From Nemertoderma westbladi (Eukaryota > Animalia > Xenacoelomorpha), in contig JAUCBJ010001829.1 in NCBI GenBank assembly GCA_032718475.1, forward strand, positions 1 to 52,949: a stretch of 52,949 nucleotides of DNA, written 5' to 3'. This document shows, in pieces, positions 10,164-18,842 of the stretch; the stretch's first letter is position 1, and each line of letters begins with the position of its first letter. The position numbers and the translations under genes were made by a program. The notes under the pieces are model-generated. The model was not told the origin of the DNA. It saw nothing but the letters and a program-made list of their open reading frames with translations, and did not search any database.

Positions 10164-13100
10164 AGATGCTTAGCGACATCTACGGGAATAAAACCAAGAT
10201 GGCGCAGTCGATAGTAGAAGACTTGGGTAAGGGCGGAAGGATTACAACTCCGTTAGAGCTGTTGAACTTAGCGAACGCTATTTCAAACGCATTGGACATC
10301 TTGAAGACGGTGAATCGACCTCATCATGGTGATCACGCCGAAGTTTTAAAAAGCGTAATAAGACGTTTAAACATGGGTTATCGACAGAAATGGCGCAAAT
10401 TAGAGAATAAGTTGGAGGGTCAAGGTAAGGTGTTGACACTTCAGCATATTCATGACATGATAGCCACAGACGCAGTAGCAGAGATGAAATCAAATTTCTC
10501 AGAGGAGAATATGAGGGAGTCTAAACCTGTTACCGGTAAGTCTATGGTAAGTTTTGACGATGACAGGACCACTGTGACATTTAACTCAGTAGACAGATAT
10601 AATTCGAGTACCCCAGCCTTTAGATCAGACTCGCGAGTATGGTCAGGTGAGCGGTTAGATAGACCTAGGTTAAAGCAACAGGAGTTGCCGGATGGTTTTG
10701 TAGGTTGCCAATACTGTTTACTAAAGGAGGTAAGATCTGACGACCATAAGTTAGATAGTTGCAGACGGTTCAAAGAATTAAATTCGGAACAGAGAAGAGT
10801 TCAAGTGCGGACGTTGGACACCTGTTGGGCATGTCTTGCGCCAGGTCATGTACGGCGGCAGTGCTCGAACAGCAAGGACGGATGCATGGAATGCGGCAGA
10901 CTACATCACAAGTTGCTACATGCGGATTTCCATACCCCAACGGACCATTACTTACAGCGAAATCCTCAAAGGAAGGGGAGCAAAGAACCCGTATCGATAA
11001 GGAGGAATACGTACACTGGCATCCAGGATGATGGTTACCAACCAGGTTCGTCGGATGAGGATGGCGAGTCGAGCGCGAGAGAAGTGACCTGCCAAGGTTT
11101 CACCGCGGATAGTTCATCGACCAGCGCGTGGACGTATTTATCATCGGCCACGTCGGAAATATTTAGCGTGATTCCGGTGAAACTCACTGGCGATAAGGGA
11201 TCGAAGCGAATATATGTGATGTTGGACACTGCGTCCACATTATCGTATATCGACGAAGAAGTGGCGAGTGCTGTTTCTAGCTTCCAGGACACCGAGGAGA
11301 TCCAAATAGAGTTGAAGTCTATGCACGGAGTAGGAGACCTCAAGGGACACAGAATTTCGGTGGAACTAGACTCCCTACTTCCGAGAGACCAACATACTCG
11401 ACAAGAATGGAAAGCTTTGCCATTGGACGGATTTAAGTGTCTAGCTATGAAGGGATTCGGCAGGCAGTTAGGTAAGGTGCCACCGATGAGTCCCATAGCA
11501 CAGGAGTATTTTGACAAGCTCAGGATACCCAAACATCAGGTAGGTTATAGGAATGTTTCTATGTTGATTGGTGCAGAACAGCTGATCGCACACCAAATAT
11601 GGGAAACGAGACCAGCTGAGCCGCATGTCAATGGACCACATGCCCATAGGACTATATTAGGTTGGTATACAAGAGTACCTATGTCTTATGAGTTTACAGG
11701 TGGCGACAAGCCAATATATAGATACAACGAATTACAGCCTATAACTGAACCACCGTTAGTAGAACCACCAGACATAGACGAGTTTAGGAGAACCTGTATT
11801 GACCACTATAGTGACTTTAGCGAGTCGGACGAGGAGTTGATTCCCGATAATGTTAGATTGTCGGAACCACTTCACAATGACCGGACAGATAGTGAACCCG
11901 AGGACTGTTATCAGACCCGTGGGTCTGGTTCAGCGGCCCACGCTACTTATCTGAGTAACGTTTTGACTTATACCAACATAGTGGAGGGTCAAGTGGCTAA
12001 ATATCGAGACCTAGACATTTTCCAATACAGTGAGGAGGAATTACAGAAGGAATTGATACGCCAGGACCTCGAGACAGGAGCTAGAACCGTCGAATGGCTG
12101 GATAGGGACGCAATGGAACCCGGTGGATATGACCTAGCCATGTCCACTGATGAGAAACGGTCGTTGGAGATGATGGAAGACACCATACGTCTGCTACCGA
12201 CAGGACATTTTGAAGTTGGAATGTTGTGGCGTCGACAACCACCTAAGTTGGAGAACAACTATAACTTAGCCTTGAAAAGATTGAATGGAGTAAGGGCTCG
12301 GTTGTTGAAGAATCCAGACATTAGGGAGAAGTATTGCGCCCAGATCAACAACTATTTCGCCAAGGGATTTGCTGGGAAGGTAGAGGACCCTGACTTAGTG
12401 ACAGACCAGACTTATTACCTTCCACACCACTATGTGACTCACCCTGACAAGCCAGACAAAGTCCGAGTAGTCAACGACTGCGCAGCAGTCTATAGAGGTA
12501 TGTCCCTGAATTCAGAGTTGATGGATGGTCCCAACCTGAATAATTATTTGATTGGAATACTGTTGCGTTTTAGACAGCGGCAATTCGCATTTACTTGTGA
12601 CATCGAGGCGATGTTCCACCAGGTAAGAGCCTGTAAGGCAGACCAGGATAGCCTTCGCTTTCTCTGGTATGAGAATGAAGACTTATCCGGCCCAGTGGTT
12701 ACATACCAGATGTACGTTAGGATATTTGGCGCCCGCGATAGTCCAAATGGCACGCTGTTCGTTTTAAAGAAAACGGCAACAGCCCAGATTGGTAAGTATC
12801 CAGTAGAAGTGATCGAGTCCATCTTGAGAAACTTCTATATGGACGACGGATTGGTGTCCAAGGACACGGCGGAACAAGCCATAGAAGTGGCTCACGGCCT
12901 GCAAGAGTGCTTGGCTACAGGGGGATTTCCTCTGACCAAGTTCACTACGAACTCGGAAGCCCTATTAGAGTCGTTCCCGGTGAAAGATCGCGGGAGCGGA
13001 GACATTGAATTGGGGGTAGAACCAATCCCCATGGCGCGAGTACTGGGACTCGCTTGGAATCCGAATACGGATAAGTTCCAGGTAAGAGTTAGATTTGAGC

Positions 13101-13903
13101 CCAGTAGCCCAGACAAAGTTTTGACTAAGAGAATTTGCTTATCGACATTGAGTAGACTATTTGACCCGATGAACTTTATCAGTCCGGTTATATTACAGGC
13201 ACGAGCGTGCATGAGGAAAATTTGGTTGTCCGACCTAGAGTGGGACGAACCAATATCTCCTATACATGCAAAGCAGTGGAGAGAGTGGGAAGCCGAGTTA
13301 CATCTATTGAAAAACATAGATGTACCCCGCTCCTACTTTCCGAATCAGCTGGTATTCCCAGCTGATTTAGAGCTGCATATGTTTAGTGACGTAAGTGACA
13401 CCGGCTTTGGTATGGTAGCCTACCTTCGCCGAGAGGTGAGTCAGGACAAGTTTGAGACGGCCTTTGTGACTTCTAGATCAAAGACAATGCCGGTCAAATA
13501 CATGACTGTCCCTCGTGCAGAGTTACAGGCGGCTGTAGTTTCAGTCGAGGTAAGTAAGCAGATAAATGAGGAGTTAGATACGACATTGACCTTATTCTAT
13601 TGGACGGACGCATCCTTGGTGTTAGTATATATTGCGGCCGACAATATTGCACTAAAGACATTTGTGGCCAATAGACGCGCTCAGATCGTTGATTTTTCGA
13701 CGAAGGAACAATGGAGACATTGTCCGGGAGTGTTAAACCCGGCCGACATAACTTCGAGAGGTGCAATGCCGGCGGAATTCTGTCAGGAAGAGTCGCAGGA
13801 GTTTTGGTTGCATGGACCTGATTTTCTAACGAGGACACAGGAACATTGGCCAGAGCGACTAAAGATAGTGACCAATCCGATTCCTGAAGATGCAGAAGTC
13901 TAG
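10091..13903 (+). CDS. pol: Gag C-terminus (three Cys/His boxes), aspartic protease, reverse transcriptase and RNase H
   Basis: Gag boxes CQYC..H..C, CWACLAPGHVRRQC, CMECGRLHHKLLH. Protease MLDTAST (DTA instead of DSG/DTG). RT DIEAMFHQV, IFGARDSP, FYMDD. RNase H FSDVS, PRAELQAA, WTDA, NPADITSRG. Ends at TAG 13901-13903, with a second in-frame TAG at 13907-13909. Confidence 0.93.
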   Translation: MLHREPRAIADNFVGNERAFELAMKMLSDIYGNKTKMAQSIVEDLGKGGRITTPLELLNLANAISNALDILKTVNRPHHGDHAEVLKSVIRRLNMGYRQKWRKLENKLEGQGKVLTLQHIHDMIATDAVAEMKSNFSEENMRESKPVTGKSMVSFDDDRTTVTFNSVDRYNSSTPAFRSDSRVWSGERLDRPRLKQQELPDGFVGCQYCLLKEVRSDDHKLDSCRRFKELNSEQRRVQVRTLDTCWACLAPGHVRRQCSNSKDGCMECGRLHHKLLHADFHTPTDHYLQRNPQRKGSKEPVSIRRNTYTGIQDDGYQPGSSDEDGESSAREVTCQGFTADSSSTSAWTYLSSATSEIFSVIPVKLTGDKGSKRIYVMLDTASTLSYIDEEVASAVSSFQDTEEIQIELKSMHGVGDLKGHRISVELDSLLPRDQHTRQEWKALPLDGFKCLAMKGFGRQLGKVPPMSPIAQEYFDKLRIPKHQVGYRNVSMLIGAEQLIAHQIWETRPAEPHVNGPHAHRTILGWYTRVPMSYEFTGGDKPIYRYNELQPITEPPLVEPPDIDEFRRTCIDHYSDFSESDEELIPDNVRLSEPLHNDRTDSEPEDCYQTRGSGSAAHATYLSNVLTYTNIVEGQVAKYRDLDIFQYSEEELQKELIRQDLETGARTVEWLDRDAMEPGGYDLAMSTDEKRSLEMMEDTIRLLPTGHFEVGMLWRRQPPKLENNYNLALKRLNGVRARLLKNPDIREKYCAQINNYFAKGFAGKVEDPDLVTDQTYYLPHHYVTHPDKPDKVRVVNDCAAVYRGMSLNSELMDGPNLNNYLIGILLRFRQRQFAFTCDIEAMFHQVRACKADQDSLRFLWYENEDLSGPVVTYQMYVRIFGARDSPNGTLFVLKKTATAQIGKYPVEVIESILRNFYMDDGLVSKDTAEQAIEVAHGLQECLATGGFPLTKFTTNSEALLESFPVKDRGSGDIELGVEPIPMARVLGLAWNPNTDKFQVRVRFEPSSPDKVLTKRICLSTLSRLFDPMNFISPVILQARACMRKIWLSDLEWDEPISPIHAKQWREWEAELHLLKNIDVPRSYFPNQLVFPADLELHMFSDVSDTGFGMVAYLRREVSQDKFETAFVTSRSKTMPVKYMTVPRAELQAAVVSVEVSKQINEELDTTLTLFYWTDASLVLVYIAADNIALKTFVANRRAQIVDFSTKEQWRHCPGVLNPADITSRGAMPAEFCQEESQEFWLHGPDFLTRTQEHWPERLKIVTNPIPEDAEV

Positions 13904-13943
13904 GTGTAGAAAGCCTCTAAGTCAAAGTCTAAAGCCAAACTCA

Positions 13944-14001
13944 AGTCATTGGAGCGGCCTGAAGAGTCATTGGAGCGGCCTGAAGAGTCATTGGAGCGGC
14001 C
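13944..14001 (+). repeat. 21-bp tandem repeat (about 3 copies) in the RNase H-integrase linker
   Basis: AGTCATTGGAGCGGCC(TGAAG) at 13944, 13965 and 13986; translates as SLERPEE. Confidence 0.85.
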
Positions 14002-14198
14002 CAGAGACCTGTCAGACCAACAGACTTACGTGACTACTAGGTCCGGAAGGGTAAGTTACGACATAAAACCACCCTTGCAGACTAAACCGGAGTCACAATT
14101 GGTAAGTGACGGACAGAAAATGACCGACACAATGGAGCCTTTGGTTTCCAAACCTGCGGGTTTGGATTCGAAACTTCCATTAGTTAGCGGACAATTAG

Positions 14199-15812
14199 TC
14201 GCTGGCATTAGAGCCATGTAGTATTTATGACAAATTACTAAATTCGTCTGCCTCTTGGCTGACAATTTGTAAAAGAACTGCGTGGTTAAGCCGATACGTT
14301 TCGTACCTTTGTTTAAAACATTCGAAACATTTAGGAGAACGAACGAGCACTAATAGTGAGCGAATTCAGAAATTGAAACAACCTCTGACAGAGGATGAGA
14401 TTGATCAAGCGGAATTAAAGCATTTGAAACATTATCAAATGTGTGCCTTCCCAAAAGAATTCTATCTATTATCGGCTCAACGACCAGTTCTCTATAAACC
14501 CCTTAGAAAATGGAGTCTATTAATCCATAAGGGTTTAATTTATCATAGATCGAGAATCCAGACTGTCGACATAAATTCACAGTTTAGGTTCCCAGTGATA
14601 ATCCCTAGTCACCCAATAGAATTGCAAAGAGCGATTCTATGGGATATACACAAGAGGTTGCATCATGCGGGAAAGTTACACTGTTTGTCGGCAGCGAGAC
14701 AGCGATTCATTCTATTGCAGCCAAGCAGGGCAGTAGGCACTATGTACGACGCCTGTCTGGTTTGCAAGAGAGTGAACGCCAGAGTATTGGAACAGGAGAT
14801 GGCTGAACTCCCGGAAGCGAGAGTGCAGGCATATGACCCACCTTTTACGAATACAGGGGTGGATTGTTTTGGTCCGATTGAGGCAAAGAGTGGACGGCTG
14901 ACCCACAAGCGATGGGGTCTGCTACTGACATGCATGGCTAGTAGAGCCATACACATTGAGCGTGTGGCAGACATGTCGACCAAATCTCTGCTCCTGGCCT
15001 TAAAGAGATTTATGGCCAGGAGAGGACTAGTAAAGGTGTTCTACTCTGATAAGGGTACAAACTTTGTCAGGGGGAACAGCGAGTTAAACGCGGCTCATAG
15101 AGCGGCGCAGAATAGAGAAATCTCTGCAGCACTTTTGCCGCAAAGAATAGAATGGAGATTCAATACTCCAGAAAGTCCTTGGAGAGGAGGAAGTTGGGAG
15201 CGTTTGGTTCGCTCTGTAAAGCAGGCCATTGCCAAAACATTGCCTGTGAACAAACAACTTACCGACGACGAACTGGTCACAGCTTTCATCGAAATCGAGC
15301 ATACATTAAACTCGAGGCCGATAGCTATGTTGCCAGACGGTGTTGCTTTAACGCCGAATCATTTGCTAATGCAGAGTCCAGCATTTCTTGTGCCGGCATC
15401 AGAACCCGTTAGTGCCGACCTATATAGTCGTAAAAGCTGGAAGGTGACACAATTAGTGGCGTACACATTCTGGGAATATTGGCGGGAATACTATCTTCCC
15501 ATCATATCCACCAGAACAAAGTGGTACAAAATGGTTCGGAGTCTCCAAGAGGGAGATTACGTACTGATAACCGAGCCAATTGTCAAGAGAAAGTATTGGG
15601 AGACAGGAGTGATCTTGCATATACACCCAGACGTGCAAAACATAGTGCGCACAGTCACTGTGAAAATTAGGTGCAAGTGTCCGCACCCAAAGAAGTGTAA
15701 AACTAATGGTTTACAAACCTTGGACCGACCGGTCCAAGATATCGTGTTATTAGAGGAGACACGCATCGAGACGGGAGATTATAATTTGTCTCCTGCCTCA
15801 AAACAGAATTAG
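14199..15812 (+). CDS. pol: Integrase (HHCC plus DDE), separated from upstream pol by stops and a frameshift
   Basis: Frame of ORF 14373-15812 is open from 14199 (SSASWLTICKRTAWLSRY). Motifs H..LHHAG...CLVC, GVDCFGP, YSDKGTNF, GGSWERLV, LNSRP, LTPNHLL, FWEYWREYY. Confidence 0.93.
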   Translation, partial: SLALEPCSIYDKLLNSSASWLTICKRTAWLSRYVSYLCLKHSKHLGERTSTNSERIQKLKQPLTEDEIDQAELKHLKHYQMCAFPKEFYLLSAQRPVLYKPLRKWSLLIHKGLIYHRSRIQTVDINSQFRFPVIIPSHPIELQRAILWDIHKRLHHAGKLHCLSAARQRFILLQPSRAVGTMYDACLVCKRVNARVLEQEMAELPEARVQAYDPPFTNTGVDCFGPIEAKSGRLTHKRWGLLLTCMASRAIHIERVADMSTKSLLLALKRFMARRGLVKVFYSDKGTNFVRGNSELNAAHRAAQNREISAALLPQRIEWRFNTPESPWRGGSWERLVRSVKQAIAKTLPVNKQLTDDELVTAFIEIEHTLNSRPIAMLPDGVALTPNHLLMQSPAFLVPASEPVSADLYSRKSWKVTQLVAYTFWEYWREYYLPIISTRTKWYKMVRSLQEGDYVLITEPIVKRKYWETGVILHIHPDVQNIVRTVTVKIRCKCPHPKKCKTNGLQTLDRPVQDIVLLEETRIETGDYNLSPASKQN

Positions 15813-16508
15813 TGTTGGACGCAACTCACTTCGTATGCATTCCTCGTATGCAAATACAAGGAAATGCATAGGAGCAGGTTGGCGGTGATTTGCGTTGAGT
15901 TTTGTCTAGTGGGTATCAAAACAAAATTTTATTTTCAAAAAAATTTGGAAAATTAAAAATTTTAAAAATTAGAGTGAACCCAAGACAATTCCAGACGCTG
16001 TGTATAGACGCGTTTTAGAATTCGTCTATAGATATACAGTAATTTGAAAAGTCGTGAAGCCTGGAAAATAGCATTTAGAAACCATGGTGACGGCTATATT
16101 ACGTAGGAGTGTAAATTGAGTTTAGCAACTTCCACAGATTGGAGCCAACAGTGCAACTAGGGTGCTAAAGGTTAGTAGCACCAGAGGCGTACATGGACCC
16201 CACTCAGTAGTTTGCAGTGATGTGTGATGTTCGATTATCAAACCTGTGGGTTTGGAATAGTCGAGTATTGTGGCTATAGTCCTTTCTAACTACTGTAGTT
16301 TAGTACGAGTAATGGGAGTAGTTTGGGCATCAAAAAGTGAGTTGGTCACGGCCAGTTTATCTCCAAAGTTTTTGCGCTATGCATGGGAATAGGTTAGAGG
16401 ATAGTTAGTTAGGAAGAGACGGGATCTGGAGAGTCGAACCTGAACTGCTGGAAGGCAGCGGGGGGGGGGGGGGGGGGTGGGTTCGGGAGGTCTGTCTTTC
16501 GGCAACAT

Positions 16509-16527
16509 CTAACTGATTTACCCACAG
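16509..16527 (+). promoter_or_regulatory. Candidate branch point and 3' splice acceptor upstream of accessory ORF3
   Basis: CTAAC at 16509-16513 followed by TTTACCCACAG ending at 16527, 60 nt before the ORF3 ATG. Consensus donor G/GTAAGT at 6156-6162 in the 5' LTR. Confidence 0.4.
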
Positions 16528-16586
16528 TGTAATTGGTTACGTAACGGAACACTTATTGGGATATATATGTATATACGCGGGGCATA

Positions 16587-18842
16587 ATGGAGAAGGATAT
16601 TAGAGCGCAACCGCGCAGAGGATTTACTGCCAGAGAGGAGGCGGAGTTACCATTCGCGCGACCGGGATGTAAAGATTCGAACGTTTACTACCATGGGCGG
16701 TTGGTGATGGAGCTAAATGGGAAATACAAACCCACTTATGATAAGGAATTACGGAGGGAAAGAATGAGAGCGTTGGGGGACCGTATGGAAGTTTTGCGGA
16801 AAGAGTATCGCACTCGGTATCCCTACGACTTCGCTTTAGACGTGTGCGACATCAGCGCAGATCCGGACGAGGAGATCGCACGGCTGTACCATATGAATAT
16901 GTATTTACGACATGAAGAACCCCTACCTGCAGTCCGAGATCAGTTTGACGGAATGCATCTGTACCGGAGGACTCGAGGCGAGGATCAGGAGACGCCGAAA
17001 ATCTTCAGCGTGTACAAGTTGTTTTACAAGTGCGGTGAATGCATGAATAAACAAGACATGGCGATTCCCGACCGACTGGACGAGCAACATCCAGAACCGA
17101 TATTAACGCGATGTCAAGCTCACCAGTTCCTTAGATATAACGAGGGAGGTTACCTGATGAGCAACCCGATGATCAGTATCGACTTCAGCGGAAAGCGACC
17201 TCCGAGACCCATTACGCCGACCGTTACGACATTAGATCCGTATACGGAGATTAAACCCTGTTCGACACCCAGTTTGATAGAGACGGCAGCGGCCATTTCG
17301 CTGTACCGAGCCTACAAGGATCTAGAGGCGCGGCGCAAAGCGGCACGGGACTCGGGTACCAAACCCGCGGGTTTGGAGCTCTCGAGTCCCTGGACTGCGT
17401 TTACTTCACCTCACCGAGCGAGAACCCTCACTCCTGAGCATCAGGACGACATAGACGCGTTGCGACAGGAGGAGCGAGCGGCGAAGGCGAAAGAGTTATT
17501 CGAGAATAGGATAGCGGAGTATAATAAGACCGCGGATAGACATCAAGAGGAGACGAGGAGAGTGACCGGATTTGTTCCACAGGCCGTATCTCAACCCCGA
17601 CCGGTGTATTATTCCGACGGCAACGAACCTGCGATATTAGTAGATCATCCGGAGTCGCGAGAAGCGATAAGATTCTTGCCGATGGTAAGAATGGCGGATC
17701 ATTGGAACGTTGACTGTCTACGGGAAGTTTTATGCGCGAAGTTCTTGCGTGATGTCCCAATGCAGATCACAGATTATGACACATTGGACAAGATTGGAGC
17801 TCCGGGGAAGGAGAGCAAACTGTTTGGATGGTTGGATAAGTACATCAAAGTATGGGTCGCGGTGGCTACATTCCCAGACGACGAGGAGGTAGACCAGACG
17901 TGGCTGAGGAGGAAGGGTTCTTACACCCGATATGATGACCACAAGGCTATCGAGCGCATGTGGACCCCATCAGACGAGATTCAGCGTCAGTGGAGGAAAA
18001 CGGAGGAATCACTGCAGGATTGGAGGGTGATGTTCTATGACAATGAAGGAGGGTCCCATCAGGAATGTTTGACTAGCAAGTGCATTCAAATTCGCGCAGC
18101 CGATGGTGTGACTCATGTGTTTATGCGCGTGAGGGCGGATAGAGAGAGACCGGAGCCCATCATAACGACACAATATCGGAGGGGGAAGGATCCTAGGGAG
18201 CAGATTTTGGAGGTATGCAGGCGAGGAGGTATGCACGGAGCGGAGCGTATCGACGCCAGGATGCTACCCAAGAAAGTTAGAGAGGCTATTCTCAACCAAG
18301 ATTACGTCAAGGTGGGATCGGGAGTCCAGAGCGATTTGGAGAGTGACTTCAACGCCATGACTGATCTGGAAGATAGATTGCCGAGACCATTCGTCGACAC
18401 CAAGCTATTGTTGCTATGGGCACAGGATATTGGAATTTATAGGGAGTATCCCAACTCTGCCAAGACTGGTATGGGCTTCATAGCACACTTATTGTATAAT
18501 TGGGACTTTAAGTTAAAGACGCAGAAGAAATACGAGGAGGCGTATGGCGAATACAACACGCCACCGGGAGCGGAGTTCAAATCCCACTTCAAGCGGCAAG
18601 CGTTAGTGTATTGGAACATTTGCGCGCCACCCCGTGCGTCGCTACAATATTATTTGGTGCTTGAGTCGAACACGGTGACTTGTTTATTAGTGGATATCGT
18701 TGCGCGAGTTTTGAAGCTGCCATCCATTGGTATTCGGAGGAGATCAATACGTTCGCTCGAAAGGGGGAATCCAATCCGACGTGATGAAGCTTTTCTTAAC
18801 CCCGTTCTTCAACCAATCGTTAGAGAATACGTCGATGGTTAG
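16587..18842 (+). CDS. Accessory ORF3, part A: unknown N-terminal region plus WRN/EXD/Mut-7-like DEDD 3'-5' exonuclease domain
   Basis: ExoI VMFYDNEG...CIQI (D 18039, E 18045); LPKKVREAILNQDYVKVGSGVQSD (ExoII D 18333); FVDTKLL; KTGMGFIAHLLY; W....P....LQYYLVLE (ExoIII-like YxxxE, 18651-18665). Probable +1 frameshift near 18720. Confidence 0.7.
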   Translation: MEKDIRAQPRRGFTAREEAELPFARPGCKDSNVYYHGRLVMELNGKYKPTYDKELRRERMRALGDRMEVLRKEYRTRYPYDFALDVCDISADPDEEIARLYHMNMYLRHEEPLPAVRDQFDGMHLYRRTRGEDQETPKIFSVYKLFYKCGECMNKQDMAIPDRLDEQHPEPILTRCQAHQFLRYNEGGYLMSNPMISIDFSGKRPPRPITPTVTTLDPYTEIKPCSTPSLIETAAAISLYRAYKDLEARRKAARDSGTKPAGLELSSPWTAFTSPHRARTLTPEHQDDIDALRQEERAAKAKELFENRIAEYNKTADRHQEETRRVTGFVPQAVSQPRPVYYSDGNEPAILVDHPESREAIRFLPMVRMADHWNVDCLREVLCAKFLRDVPMQITDYDTLDKIGAPGKESKLFGWLDKYIKVWVAVATFPDDEEVDQTWLRRKGSYTRYDDHKAIERMWTPSDEIQRQWRKTEESLQDWRVMFYDNEGGSHQECLTSKCIQIRAADGVTHVFMRVRADRERPEPIITTQYRRGKDPREQILEVCRRGGMHGAERIDARMLPKKVREAILNQDYVKVGSGVQSDLESDFNAMTDLEDRLPRPFVDTKLLLLWAQDIGIYREYPNSAKTGMGFIAHLLYNWDFKLKTQKKYEEAYGEYNTPPGAEFKSHFKRQALVYWNICAPPRASLQYYLVLESNTVTCLLVDIVARVLKLPSIGIRRRSIRSLERGNPIRRDEAFLNPVLQPIVREYVDG

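Noticed and set aside
16460-16477. Long G/C homopolymers (also ~25837, ~42618, ~43967, ~44969) as G-quadruplex elements
   Set aside because: They recur in unrelated contexts and homopolymer lengths are unreliable in assemblies; no specific support.
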